Shown here in pieces: positions 1-14,580 of a stretch of 64,000 nt of DNA; position 1 is the first letter of the stretch; each line of letters opens with the position of its first letter. Origin of the DNA: Octopus vulgaris (Eukaryota); the NCBI GenBank assembly GCA_951406725.2, contig OX597836.1, positions 12,524,001 to 12,588,000 of the forward strand, written 5' to 3'. The position numbers and the translations under genes were made by a program. The notes under the pieces are model-generated. The model ran no database searches. It saw only the letters and a program-made list of their open reading frames with translations, and was not told where the DNA came from.

Positions 1-108
1 CAGACAGACTGGGCCTGTGTGCAGCCTTCTGGCACTTCCCTGTTATCTCCCGTTGAACCATCCAACCCATGCTAGCATGGAAAGCGGACACTAAATGATG
101 ATGATGAA
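1..108 (+). mobile_element. RTE 3'-end copy (truncated LINE or LINE-tailed SINE) with (GAT)n tail
   Basis: …ccatccaacccatgctagcatggaaagcggacactaaatgatgatgatg matches the reverse complement of the LINE 3' terminus at 21175-21300. Confidence 0.8.
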
Positions 109-194
109 GCTGAGATGATTCGAAAACACAACACCTAATAAGCTAACAGCATATCTTTGGTCGGCCGAAGGCTACAGTAGAAACCTTCCTGTTA

Positions 195-231
<37 letters not shown>

Positions 232-1249
232 TTCTTTTGGCATTTCCTTTCGGGGTCGATAAAATAAGTACCAGTTGAACACAGGGGTCGATATAATTGA
301 CAAATCCCCACCTCCCGCATGTGGTAAAAATTTGAATAATTTGTCTCAGGAGAGGGGTTTATTTATAACAATCAGGCTCCTACATTAAGGGCTCCGTCAC
401 AGTTTTACCAAGAAGACATGCGTTTGGTTTGTCTCGTAATTAGATTTAAATGTGTGCAATTCTTGCACACATTCATCACTATACTGGTTCCCCAGTGACA
501 TTATCTCACCATGGAAACAGTGGGGCGGAAACGTAGGGATGAGGTCAGGGGAAGTAGGCAAGGCCTGCTATTATTTCTTTTTTTTTTTTTTTTTTTTTTT
601 GATGACATCTTTCTGAATTCTTCACACCTTTTGACCTTGTCTCCTTAACTTTCTTGGAAATCTCATTTGTTCCGCCTTGTTGCCTTGTTTCATTTCGCTG
701 GCTCCCTACTCAATCATAGAACACAGGAAAAAACTTGTAACAATTCTTTCAGCCATTCTAGACACCCATTTATTTTTTGTTATTTTTTATTATCCCCCAC
801 CACCACGACCATCACCACCACCAGCCACCATTCCTTGCTTTCTTCTATTATCAAGTTGGAAATCTGATAAGCTTGATGTAGCTTTCATCTATTGTCATCA
901 AAGCAGTGAGCTGGAAGAATTATTCGAAGTATCAAAGGAAACACTTAGTGCCATTTTCTTCTGGCTCTTTGCATTCTAGGTTCAATCTCCGCCGAGGTCG
1001 ACTCTATCTTTCATCCATTCAGGGTCCGTAAAATAAAATACCAGTTGAGCACTGGAGTTGATGTAATCAACCAAATCCCACCCTGTGCCAAAATTATTAC
1101 CATTACGTATTTTATTAATATTCGGCAGAAGTAGCAGAGTTACTCCAGGGCCAAGAGTTTCGTGCTTATCAGATTAACACTCAAAACTCTTGGCCCTTGA
1201 GTCTTTCCTTTTTTTTTTTCGGCTCTAAGCACAAGACCTGAAATTTGAT

Positions 1250-1755
1250 TGACCCCAGTACACAACTGGTACTTAATTTATCAAGAATGAAAGGCAAAAC
1301 CAACCTCAGCGGAATTTGAACACAGAATGTAAAGACAGACAAAATACCTATTTCTTTACTGCCCACAAGGGGCTACACACAGGGAGGACAAACAAGGACA
1401 GACAAACAGATTAAGTCGATTATATCGACCCCAGTGCATAACAGGTACTTATTTAATCGACCCTGAAAGGATGAAAGGCAAAGTCGACCTCGGCAGAATT
1501 TGAACTCAAACCGTAAAGACAGACAAAATACCTATTTCTTTACTACCCACAAGGGGCCACACACAGGGAGGACAAACAAGGACAGACAAACAGATTAAGT
1601 CGACCCCAGTGCATAACAGGTACTTATTTAATCGACCCTGAAAGGATGAAAGGCAAAGTCGACCTCAGTGTAATTTGAACTCAGAACGTAACAGCAGATG
1701 AAATACCACTAAGCATTTCGCCCGGCGTGCTAACGTTTCTGCCAGCTTGCCACCT
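1250..1755 (-). mobile_element. SINE family B, tandem array of about 3 units
   Basis: Repeated gacaaacaaggacagacaaac…gaaaggatgaaaggcaaagtcgacctc…gaatttgaactc units. The head (gctggcagaaacgttagcacgccgggcgaaatg) lies at ~1715-1755 on the minus strand. Confidence 0.8.
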
Positions 1756-1949
1756 TTCAGTCTCTCTATTACTACTTCTTTCTACCAAATACTCTCTTGT
1801 TTCAGTCATTTGACTGTGGCCATGCTGGAGCACTGCATTTAGTTGAGCAAATCGACCCCAGGACTTTGTAAGCCTAGTACTTATTCTATCGGTCACTCTT
1901 GCCGAACTGCTTGGTGACGGGGACATAATGTTAATAAAAGGTGCATGTC

Positions 1950-1984
<35 letters not shown>

Positions 1985-2998
1985 CCCCACTCGAACACAA
2001 AACATACTAACACACACACTTGCTCACAAACATATATCAACACACACACACATGCACACACTACATGGAAAAGAAAGCCTTCAGTATACTGTACTTTTCT
2101 ACAACGTAACAACTTTTAGGAATTTGAACTGCCACCAACACTGCTATCACTGCCAAATACCACCACCAACACCACCACTATCACCACCATCAACACCACC
2201 ACAACCACTATCACCACTACCACTACCACCACCACGACTGCTATCACCAACACCACTGACACCATCACCACCACCACCACTATCATCAAATAATTAGCAA
2301 TCGATGTGCATCAGGTGTAGCTATTGTAGTCCCTTTGAAAGGATCATTTAACATAAATACGGTGCACATTTCCCTCCAAGCCATTGGGAGAAGGTATAGT
2401 GGAGGAGGGGGAAGTTCCATTTTTGGTGTTGACTTCTGGCTGTCAGTGTTATTATTGTTATATTACCAATCAGTGACAAACACCATACCATATAGAGTTT
2501 GGCAGGTGGGCAGGCGGGTCAGCTGGTTGGTCAGTGAGTTGACGGGAGGGGTGGTTGGACCTGCTTATTGTGGGAGTGAAGATTGGGGGGAAATCAATAG
2601 TGTGTGTGTGTGTGTGTGTGATCTACATATATTTGTGTGTATGTGTGCATATATGTACATACAGATATATATATGATGACGATGTTGATGATATCCTACA
2701 CACACACACACACACGCACGCATATAACCTATATACACTATACATCTACGTTTATATATATAAATATAATATATATATATATATATATATGTAGAGAGAG
2801 ATAGGGAGAGAGAACCTATACACACATATATATATATATAATATATATAGATTCTCTCTATTTCTCTCTGTCTTTCTATCTATATATATATATATATGTG
2901 TGTGTATATATATATATATTTATATATGCATGTATATATACATGTAGATGTAGGTACGTACATATATGTATGTATGTATGCATATATTGTATTTATTA

Positions 2999-3053
<55 letters not shown>

Positions 3054-3503
3054 AAGCCTATACACACACACACACACCCATGGTGTGGTGGAAGCTGTTA
3101 CTGAATGCTTCTGTCCTTAGAAGCCATCTGGAGAGAGATATCATTGGCAGGATATTGCTGTCACCATCAGAGCCACCAAGCAACAGAAACAGGGAAGTCT
3201 GAATACTAATTGCCTTCAACTTGTTCAGCTCTTCTGTCAACAACATGTAGGAGTGGTGCGATGTTGATTATCTTTATTATGTAACATTATCAATTGGTGT
3301 CTCCTACCTACAAATATATACAGTAACCAACATGTCTGAGGAGGGTGCTGAACACCACTCGTGTTCTACTTCATCTCTTCCCTTTGAAAGGGGTTTTAAA
3401 GCCGAAATATCTACACGCAAAGTAAAGGTGCAAACCTTTGCTGCACTTATCTGTTTCTAATCTGCTTCATGGTGGTTTTTCTAAAGAGCTTATAAGTAAT
3501 AAA

Positions 3504-3912
3504 CATGTGGGTATATATGTGTGGGTATAATATATATGTGGGTATATATGTGTGTATGTATATATTTATATTTATATATATGTGGGTATATATGTGTGTA
3601 TGTATATATTTATATTTATATATATGTGGGTATATATGTGTGTATGTATATATTTATATTTATATATATGTGGGCATATATGTGTGTATGTATATATTTA
3701 TATTTATATATATGTGGGTATATATGTGTGTATGTATATATTTATATATATGTGGGTATATATGTGTGTATGTATATATTTATATTTATATATATGTGTG
3801 TATGTATATATTTATATTTATATATATGTGGGCATATATGTGTGTATGTATATATTTATATTTATATATATGTGGGTATATATGTGTGTATGTATATATT
3901 TATATTTATATG
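3504..3912. repeat. 44-bp minisatellite (atgtgggtatatatgtgtgtatgtatatatttatatttatatat), about 9 copies
   Basis: The ggg marker recurs at 3540, 3584 and onward, with occasional shortened units. Confidence 0.85.
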
Positions 3913-3917
3913 TATGT

Positions 3918-4104
3918 GCAGGTAGCATGTAAAAAGCACCCACTACACTCACGGAGTGGTTGGCGTTAGGAAGGGCATCCAGCCGTAGAAACACTGCCAG
4001 ATCAGACTGGAGCCTGGCGTAGCCTTCTGGCTTCCCAGACCCCAGTTGAACCGTCCAACCCATGCTAGCATGGAAAACGGACATTAAACGATGATGATGA
4101 TGAT
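3918..4104 (+). mobile_element. RTE 3'-end copy
   Basis: aaaagcacccactacactcacggagtggttggcgttaggaagggcatccagccgtag…ggacattaaacgatgatgatg matches the LINE 3' UTR. Confidence 0.85.
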
Positions 4105-4135
4105 GTATATAAATTTATATTTATATGCATATAAA

Positions 4136-4360
4136 GGCGGCGAGCTGGCAGAAACGTTAGCATACCGGGCAAAATGCGTAGCCGTAATTTCATCTGCCGT
4201 TATGTTCTGAGTTCAAATTCCGTCGAGGTTGACTTTGTCTTTCATCCTTTCAGGGTCGATAAATTAAGTACCAGTTACGCACTGGGATCGATGTCATCGA
4301 CTTAATCCCTTTGTTTGTCCCCTCTGTGTTTAGCCCCTTGTGGGTAGTAAAGAAATAGGT
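4136..4360 (+). mobile_element. SINE family B, full monomer
   Basis: ggcggcgagctggcagaaacgttagc head, B-box-like gagttcaaattcc, central gactttgtctttcatcctttcagggtcgataaattaagtaccag, ending gtaaagaaataggt. More than 15 related copies occur in the window (e.g. 5548-5780, 16315-16535, 20133-20515, 58880-59060). Confidence 0.8.
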
Positions 4361-5101
4361 ATATATTTATATGTATATATAGAATTTAGTATTTGTATAT
4401 ATACTTGACAGAGTGTAAGTACCTTGAGAGAAAAGCTGGACCTAAGAAGCATCCATCACCTTTGGACAAAACTGCTTCATGGTATTTTTCCAGTTCTTTT
4501 ACATTCTGAGTTCAAATTCTGCCATGGTCGACTTTGCTTTTTTTCATTTTTTTTTTATTCAGGATTATGAAATAAGTACTATTTGCACATTAGGGGCCTC
4601 TGCAATGAACTAGACCCTTCTCGCCTAAATATCAGGCCTTGTACCTATAGCTCTACAGTAGAAAGGATTAATTTAAATTTTGAATTTAAAAAAATTAGAG
4701 CAATGAGCATATGTAGGTAGAAAGGAAGGTTGTTCTCATTGTAATGTCAGAGTCACTGATAGACTGGGGGGCGGGGCAGAGAAGTAGGCTGGGGAGGGAG
4801 TAATAGAGTGGGAGGGAGAAAGTTGGGGAAGGGTTAGAGAATTTAGAGAGTCAGAGAGGATATGAAAAGATGGAAGAGTAAGGAATATGAAAATGGCATT
4901 TTTTATTCTTTTTCTGCAAGAGAGCAAGGAATTTGGAAGAGGATTTTTAAGAAAAAGGGAGGTAGAGAGGGAAAATAAGACAATCAGAGAGACAGAGTGA
5001 GAATGAAAGAAAGAGAGAGGGAGAGAGAGAGAGAGAGATTGAACAGAGTAAAATCATGGAGAAAATTATTTGGAGACTGAAAGAGTAAGAGATAAGCAGG
5101 C

Positions 5102-5132
<31 letters not shown>

Positions 5133-5516
5133 CATGTATATATGTGTGTGTGTGTGTGTGTATACAGATATGTGTTTATGTGTGTGTGTGTTGTGTGAGA
5201 CTGGAAGACAGGAAAATACATAAGGAAAAAAAGAATTGCGGAAAAATTTATAAGCAAAGTATGTGGGTGAGAGGGTGGGTGTGGATAGTTTGTAGGGAGG
5301 TGAATTCAGCATCAATTATACATCAAATCTTTAAATGTCAGTCTTTCTTCGATAATTTTTCTCGGTCTTTTGTGTTCTTGGAGATTACAGAACAACATTT
5401 ATTTTACATCATCGTCTCTGTCCGTCTCTCCCTCTCTCTCTCTGATCCATACACACACACACACACACACATATATTTAAAGACATACCTTCCTTGTAGA
5501 CAGATTGATATATATG

Positions 5517-5551
<35 letters not shown>

Positions 5552-5802
5552 CTTTATTGCCCACAAGGGGCTAAACATAGAGGGGACAAACAAGGACAGA
5601 CAAAGGGATTGAGTCATTAAATCGACCCCAGTGTGTAACTGGTACTTTCTTTATCGACCCCGGAAGGACGAAAGGCAAAGTCAACCCCGGAAGGAGGAAA
5701 GGCAAAGTCGACCTCGGTGGAATTTGAACTCAGAATGTAGCGACAGACGAAATACTGCTGAGCATTTCGCCCAGCGTGCTATATATATACACACATACAT
5801 AC

Positions 5803-6023
5803 ACAAGGGGGTGCTGAAAAGTTCCTGGCTTTAAAGGTATTGCAAAATGTATGGTTGGAGACCCAATCTTCTAAGTTCTTTTACATGGCTTAGGAAAACT
5901 GAAGGATCATTGCAATAGGTGTATGAATTTCAAAGGGGAATATGTTGGATAAGATCATGATTAACAGATCCTCCTGAATTTTCTTTTAGCCAAAGCCACA
6001 AACATTTCAGCAACCCCTCTTGT
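5803..6023 (+). mobile_element. Mariner-derived MITE / internal-deletion derivative
   Basis: Imperfect TIRs acaagggggtgctgaaaagttcctggcttt and aaagccacaaacatttcagcaacccctcttgt. The interior translates to GLGKLKDHCNRCMNFKGEYVG*, resembling the mariner transposase C-terminus. A lone TIR remnant is at ~38341-38365. Confidence 0.75.
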
Positions 6024-6042
6024 GCATGTATGTATATATATA

Positions 6043-6348
6043 TCTTTATATATAAAACTGAAGTTGTGTGTGTGTCTGTCTACTCCGATTTAGATTCCTA
6101 ACTACTCCCAGATTTTGCGGTGCAGTTTAACCAAAAGCGGGTATCTTATAGTCGTCATTCATATCGAGCCCTTCTGGGTATTAGCACGCGTCTACAATGA
6201 GTCTACGATTTAAAAATAAAATTTACCATCATTTTTCCGCATTTTTAATGCATTTTTTGCTCGGTTTATATAAGGGAAGTAACTCTCTAAAAATGCTTAT
6301 ATAGTTATTTCCCTTACAAACCTGAGCAACGCCGGGCAATACTGCTAG
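6043..6348 (+). mobile_element. Non-autonomous Helitron
   Basis: 5' TC after A, 3' CTAG before T, a GC-rich hairpin (cctgagcaacgccggg) about 10 nt before CTAG and no TSD; inserted in (TA)n. A second copy is at 29826-30331. Confidence 0.8.
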
Positions 6349-6556
6349 TATATATATATAATTTTTCACTGTTCTTGGTCCTGTTAATGGCTAGGCATTC
6401 AATCAAGTATACTGGCACTGATGTAGCAGCATTTGAAATTTTGTCTTGGTGAATCGAGCTGAGGTGGACTAATCAAATTTATGATGGTAAACGTATTTGA
6501 AGAGTTCGAAACTTAGGTCCTAGATCATCCAATTCTGGATTGTCCATTTATGTAAT

Positions 6557-6855
6557 GTTAAATTAAGTTAGGTTAAGTTAATTTTTTGGCTCATAAAGCA
6601 AAAAGCAAGGCCATGTAGGGGGACATGGAGTTATGTACAGAGTGGTATGCAAAGAGTTCAGGCCATTTGTGGTCAAGGGAGACTTTGAACCGAGCGGTCG
6701 TCGGCATCTTCACTATCTCGTCCGGCAGCTTATTCCATGGATCCGCAACCCGGACGGAGAAAGCCCCTCTCCTTCGATTGAGATGAAATCGTCGCAGATA
6801 GAGCTTTTCAGAGTGACCCCGCAGCCGACGTTCTGGAGCAGGAGTGAAGAATGAA
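6557..6855 (-). mobile_element. CR1-group LINE 3' fragment
   Basis: Minus-strand peptide [52 protein letters not shown] is a typical CR1 ORF2 C-terminus, followed by a (TTAAC)-like tail. Confidence 0.8.
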
Positions 6856-6924
6856 TGCAGAATGTTCCTCCTAGAGGCATGATGAGATTGTTTATGTTCG
6901 CTGCCTGCACACATCTTTGCCAGA

Positions 6925-7280
<356 letters not shown>

Positions 7281-7490
7281 AAAGGGAAAGTTTACGAAAA
7301 TAAACAAAAGATGAAGGCAGGTGGAGTACAAACAAACAATTGTATTAGTATGGCACTCAGGAATAGAAATAAAACAAGTCTTTTATGTTTCGAGCCTACG
7401 CTCTTCAACAGAAAGATACACAGAAAAGAAACAAGGAGAGAAAAAAAATGCGATACTCTCCAGCCTTCATCAGGAGTCTTGGGGAAATTA
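7281..7490 (-). mobile_element. Penelope-like terminal-repeat fragment with hammerhead-like motifs
   Basis: Minus strand has tcttt-ctgttga-a-gagc-gtag-gctc-gaaac-ata-aaaga and a half core cctgatgaaggctg at 7461-7474. A homologous copy is at 63525-63700. Confidence 0.5.
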
Positions 7491-9115
7491 TATATATATA
7501 TGTAAATAACGTACATAATTCCTCATCTCTCAAACATATATATATATATATACACATACGCAACAGGCTTCTTTCGGTTTCCATGTACGAAATCCATTCA
7601 CAAGGTCTTTTAGTTAGCCCAGGGCTATAGTACAAGAAGACACTTGCTGAAGGTCCCTTACTGCAGGACTGAACTCGGAACCATGTGGTTGGGAAGCAAG
7701 TTTCTTACCACACGGTCATGCCGGTGCCTTGTTTGAACATTTTGCATATATGTGTGTATGTGTGTGTGTGTGTGTGGGGGTGGGTGGGCGTTATGGCTCT
7801 TATTGTGGTTTTCACTTAGTTTTTGCCCCACTCCACCCCTGAATGTTGTTGTTGAGATTGTTGTTGCCGCTGTTGTTGTCGTTATATCTCTCGTAGCAAA
7901 TCCCTTCAAACCGTCTTGAGTGCTTTTCCACTTTTAATGTCCATTTGTCTGTTTGGTGGTCGACTTTGGTTCAAAAATAGTTGTGTTTGTATACACACAC
8001 ACACACACTTACACATATGTACACATACACACACACACAACACACATATCTACATGCACATCTGCGTGTGCATACGTATGCACACGCTTATACGTGTCGA
8101 CATACAAACACACTCGTTTACGCACAAAGAAATATGTATGCACACACAAATATATATATATATACATATATATACACACACACACACACACACTCTCCCA
8201 TGTTTGTAGACACACGCACACATAGATATTTATACACACACACACACAGATATATATATATATATACACTCACACATCGCACAAAGAAATATATATACAC
8301 ACACAAATATATATATATATATATACACATATATATGTATACACACACACACTCTCCCATGTTTGTAGACACACGCACACATAAATATTTACACATCCTC
8401 ACACACACACACACACATATATATATATACTCACACATTGGCGTGTATATTTTTGTTTTTGTTTTTGTTTTTTTGTTTTTTTCTTGTTGTATTTTTAGCT
8501 AGTTCCAAACAACAACAACAACAACAACACCCTTACGTGAAAGATTTATTCAACATCTTAATTTACTTTAAGATCAGCGCCACACATTAGCATCACTCCT
8601 GCTCCCTCCCCTCCCAGCATCTCCCCCCCTCTCTTTCTCTATTTCTCTTTCTCTCTCTCTCTTCCCTTTCGTCACCACCAACACCAACACCACCATTCTT
8701 GAGTCTATGCTGCTTAGCTTCAGATGAAAAGGTTGGCTTTTAAAGCACAACCAAACAGATCTACACTTGTTTCTGTGTGTGTATTTATTTATGGTGCACT
8801 TACGGATATGTGTGTGTGTGTGTGTGTGTACATTTAATAGTGAATGTGTGTGTGTGTGTGTGTGTGTGTTTGTGTGTGTATGTCTAGGTGTTGTGTTGTA
8901 CGTGTGTCTTGCGTAGGTGCGTGTACGCAGATCTAAAGTGCAGGTGTATATGTGAATATATGGATGGATGAATGTGTGTGTGTGTGTATGTATTTGAAGG
9001 TATGTTTTTATGTATATATATATGTGTGTGTGTGTGTATTTGTGTGTGTATTTATGAATACATAAATGTGTGTGTATGTATAGGCACATACACACACACT
9101 CGCACACATGCACAA

Positions 9116-9146
<31 letters not shown>

Positions 9147-9809
9147 CATGGAGGGATGAAAATGTATGTGTGTATGTATATGAGTGTATTTGGATGGTTG
9201 TGTGTGAGTATGTGTATGTATTTTAATGTATGTTGGTATATATGTGTATTTATCAATACTTATGTGTGTATGTATGACTATGTATGTATGTGTGTGTATA
9301 TATATATATGATATATATGTGTGTGTGTGTGTGTGTATGTATGTGTGTGTGTATGTATGTATGTGTGTGTATATATATATGATATGATATATATGTGTGT
9401 GTGTGTGTGTATGTATGTATATATATATATATATTTATGAATGTATGTATGTATATGCTGTTATACCATAATCCTCTGTGTAGATTTGTGTCAGTTCCTT
9501 TGTATTGTTTATACTGTTTTCAAATGTGTGCCTATCTTATGTGAGTGTGTATATATGAGTGTATATTTATATACAGTTGTGTGCCTGTATATGTATTTAT
9601 TTACATACACTCGTATACCTATGTCTACACATTATGTGCATGCCATATATCTGCATCTATCCATTGATCTATCCTTATACACATGTACACACACTTATGT
9701 ATATATATACATATATATATATACACACACGCCCAGAGATCAATAACCAAAAATATACACACATGTAGATGAACATGTGTGTGTGTATATATATATATGT
9801 GTGTGTGTG

Positions 9810-9844
<35 letters not shown>

Positions 9845-10058
9845 GCACACATATATGTACTTACAGAAACACCAACTCATAGATGAATGGGTTTACATAC
9901 ATACATACACATACATATATACATACATACTTACACATACACATATATCAGTTCACATAAATATGCACACATACTATTGAATGTGTTGAAAAACACATGC
10001 ACACGCGTATCAACACCGACAAATATATAGAGATACGGAGACTCATAAAGAAATGTTG

Positions 10059-10134
<76 letters not shown>

Positions 10135-10141
10135 CTGTATG

Positions 10142-10227
<86 letters not shown>

Positions 10228-11622
10228 TATACACCTACATGCATACACAGACACACACATGAATGTGATTTTACATATCACACTTTGAAATCATTTCTTT
10301 ATTTTGCAATAGACTCGATGACGTTGCAAATTCAAATATTTTTCCTTGCCATATTGGAACGAGTCTGTTAATTCTTTTCAACAGGCTTTTGGAATTCGAT
10401 GACTGCATCATTGCGTACAAACCACACCGCCTGTAAGAAAGAAAGAAAAGAAAGAAGCAGGAAAAGAAAATGTTTTTTTTTTTTTTTTTTTAATTCTTTC
10501 TACACCAGATTTCCAATCAAATTAGCAGACTCTGTGTTTCTGTTTATTTTCGTTTCCATGTCTGTCCACACCTTTGGTCATGAATGGAGCGATGGGTACT
10601 GACCAGAAGAATATGATTGAGAATACAAGCAGTCAAAATGGGGCTCTTTGGAAGAATCTCTGGGGTGATATTGCTTAACAGGGTGCATAGCCATAGAGAT
10701 CAGAGAGTCTCTTGCTGCATCTAGGGGTCAGAGCTGGGGTCGATTTGTTTGACTAAAGGCGGTGCTCCAGCATGGCCACAGTCAAATTGACTGAAACAAG
10801 TAAAAGAATAACAGAATGATGCATTTAACAACAAACAGAATTACTTTTACTGTTAATGACCAATGTTTGTTACAAACAACTCTGTTTTGTGGGGTTGACT
10901 GGTCTTGTGCCCCACCCCACCCTCACCACCACCGCCACTGAAAAGGTACCTCCAGCCCATTCACCACTTCATCTCTTGTCACCCTTGTTTCATCAACCCC
11001 CCTCATCTCCTCCCCTCCAGCTCACACCACCCGGGGCCCTTTTTCCTAGAAATGTCTTCCCTCTGGAATCTTATTCTCGTGATGCGAGTAGATGACCAGA
11101 TAGAAACTTCTTTGTTGTCTCATGCTTTTGAAGTTGATAACAATCGTCGTCGTCGTCGTCATCATCATCATCATCATCATCACAATCATCATCATCATTA
11201 TCATACATTCATTTTTCCATGCTGGCAGGGATCGCATGATTCGACAGGAACTGGTGTGAACCAGAGAACTCCACATTCTAATCTCCTTTGACTTGACTTC
11301 TACAGCTGGATGCCCTCCCTAACACCAACCACAGGGTGCTTTTTACATGGCACCAGCTCTAGTGAGGTTACCGAGTAACTTGTATGACAGGACCCCGTCA
11401 ACTGAGGGAGTGGGAAGGGAGTCAAATTCAGGGAAGAAGGTTTGTGACAGGTGAGAAGAAGATAAAGTATGATAGAGGGATGTCTTACAGTAGAGGAGAT
11501 GCGTAGCTACCCCAACTAGAAAATTGATGAGAGAGAGAAAGAGAGAGAGGAGGTGGTGCTGAAGATGTTTATATTAGTTTATTTATTTTTCAATTTTTGT
11601 TGTTTTTTTCTTTCTTCCTCAG

Positions 11623-11749
11623 GTATTTGGAAGCACTGCAGGCTGCTTGTGTACCTGTTCTGCTTAGCAATGGCTGGATTCTCCCCTTCTCCGAGGTCAT
11701 CGATTGGAACAAGTCGGTCATCTGGGGAGACGAACGGCTGCTTTTACAG
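11623..11749 (+). CDS. EXT1: Exostosin-1 (EXT1/ttv) internal coding exon, GT47 exostosin domain: (R)[42 protein letters not shown]
   Basis: The peptide closely matches EXT1 (human [43 protein letters not shown], recalled). It is preceded by a polypyrimidine tract and cag (AG at 11621-11622) and followed by gtaagt at 11750. Length 127 nt; phase 2 at the start, phase 0 at the end. Confidence 0.95.
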
Positions 11750-14198
11750 GTAAGTTCATCACATTGTTTGTTTGTTTCTTTCTTTCTTTTCTATCTTCCG
11801 TTCACCATCCTTGGTTATCACATTCACCTATCATACTCTATTTTTGTTCTTTCTCCTCTTTTTTTCCTTCTTCGTTAGCACGCTGGGCAAAATGCTTAGC
11901 GGTATTTCATCTGTCTTTTCGTTCTGAGTCCTGGGGTCAATTTCTTCAACTAAAACCTTTTAAGGCAGTGCTCCAGCATGGCCACAGTCAAATGGCTGAA
12001 ATAAGTAAAGGAATAAAAGAATATATGTAAAAGGCTTCTTTCAGTTTCCATCTACCCAAATTCCCCCACCAGGGACCGGTCAGTCAGTTTGAGTCTATAG
12101 TAGAAGACTTCACTGAACTGCTAAATTACAGGAACATAAATAAACCGACATTGGTTAATGAGCAGTAGTGACAAACAAACACAAAGATACACAAACATAT
12201 ATATACATGCATAAACACACAAACACATACATAAGTACACAAACACACACACACACACACATATGTGACATGCTTCTTTCAGTTTCCATCTACCCAAATC
12301 CACTCACAAAGCATTGGTCAGTCTGAAGCTATAGCAGAAGACTCTTGTCCTCTGTGTTGCACAGTGGGGTATTGAACTCGAAACTTCGTGTTTACTCAGT
12401 AAGCTTTTTAATCACACAGCCATATCTGCTTAAGCAAATATGTATCTGATGCATTACAGCCCGGCTTTATTCATTGACCTAACCGTTGGCATGTAGCTTC
12501 AGCCAAGCTCAGGTACATGTTCTTAGTGTTTCATAGGTGCACCCGAATCTCTGTAGCTACCAGTTGAAATTTATCTCTCGTTACATTCCGATATACTGTT
12601 ATCATTATTGTTATTGCCATCATTATGATTTTTGGCCAACAAGCAGTTTTTATCATAACATCACATTTAAATCTTTAATTTTTTCTGCTTAACAAAAAAA
12701 AAAGTTAATATTTAGATCAGAGAGAAGCAACTTCTAAAAAAACAAACTGGATGAACTCATCAGTAGCCGTCATCTTCACTCTCACAAACAGCCTCCTTTG
12801 TGTCTAATCCTCATACGAAATCTTTTTAGCGCTCTCCTGGACGCGGTGCCATCCATTTCAAGATGCACTGCTCTACACCAATAGCATTTCTACATATTAT
12901 TATGATTTTATTTTGATTATGAATATTTCTCATAGAAAATCTCGATTACATAAAGTTCTCAGTCCACACACCATTAATACAAACTTAAAACATTTCTACT
13001 TCATCATTTCGCTGTGTTTTATTTATTTATATATTTATACATTCTGAATCGTATTTTATTTTTCATTTTTTTTTTTTTTTTTTTTTATCTAAAAGAGTCT
13101 TTCTTTCACACAGAAAAGCAATTTATCAAACTGATAATTTTCTTCTTTTCTTTTTGTTTCTATATATTTTTGCTGTAGATTTTTCTAAAAAAAAAAACAA
13201 AAAAATTTTGATAGTAATCTTCTTTGAGATATATATTTCAATTTCTATTTCTGAGTTTGTACATCAGAATATATTTGGTCTGTCGTATGTTTGCAACTTT
13301 CATCTCACCTCGATGTATCATAAGCAATATTTGTCTGTAAGGAAATATCATAATTTATGTTGTGAACAAGAATGGTCTTCTTCTATTTGTTTTGTTTTGG
13401 GGCTTTTTTTTTATTTATTTAATTAATGTCAAATATTTGATTAAAAATGTATGTTTAATGTTGCTTGCAGTCAATATCAGTACAAATACAAGTGTTTTTA
13501 TATTTAAATGTAATCTATATATACATAAAACACTAACTCACTTGGGCCTTTTATTTATTTATTTATATATTTTTGCCAGTTTCCCCTCTTTCTGTCATGC
13601 TATAAGAATGAGGAAAGAGAAAATAGTGACTGTCCTGAGAAAGATGAAGAGAGAACGAGAGAGGAAAATGTATTATAAAGAGAGGTGGACTAGATAAATA
13701 GATAGGTATGAAATTGATAGAATAGGTGAGACAGAAAGAGAGAGAGAGAGAGAGAAATAACCAGCAAATGAGACAGGTTGTCATGAGAGCAGAAAGTGTA
13801 ATATAGGGTGAGATAAGAGAAGAAATGGATAAAGAAGTGGTCAATCAAAATCCGATTTGAAATCTGAGTGCAACAAGCTAGAACAAATGTGCCAGAGTCA
13901 ACTTTATTTTGTATTCCTCTTGGAGTCGATAAATAAAGTAGCAGCCTAGACCTCTTGCACTTTCTCTCATCCTCCAGCTATGGACATTTTGGATGTTCAG
14001 CAGGATCAGGAATGGGAAGACAGGGGGAGTGTCTGCCCATGACTGCGCAGGCCCCTAAAACGATTAGCAAAAATGTTCATGGTTTTGGGAGACTACTGTA
14101 CAGAGATGACTCAAGCAAAAGAGGAATGGTTGAAAGAAGAAAGAATTCTACATTAGAGATGGGTTGTTATTGAGGTAATATGATAAAGTAATCAATAT

Positions 14199-14580
14199 AG
14201 GCACAGGTGTGGCTGTGTGGTAAGTAGCTTGCTTACAAACCACATGGTTCCAGGTTCAGTCCCACTGCATGGCACCTTGGGCAAGTGTCTTCTACTATAG
14301 CCTCGGGCTGACCAAAGCCTTGTGAGTGGATTTGGTAGATGGAAACTGAAAGAAGCCCATCATATATGTGTGTATATATAAATATGCATGTATGTGTGTG
14401 TATCTTTACATTCCCCTTAACTTAGCAGTTTGGCAAAAGAGACTGACAGAATAAATGCTAAACTTAAAAAACAAAAAGCAAATTACAAATTGGAGTAAAT
14501 TTGTTTGACTCAAAAACTCTTCGAGGTGGTGCCCCAGCATGGCCACAGTCCAGTGACCGACCGAAACAAGTAAAAGATTA
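14199..14580 (+). mobile_element. SINE family A (tRNA-like head, internal TA/TG microsatellite), diverged copy
   Basis: ggcacaggtgtggctgtgtggtaag (A box), ggttcagtccc (B box), caccttgggcaagtg, and tail ggtggtgccccagcatggccacagtc…gaaacaagtaaaaga. Confidence 0.8.
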
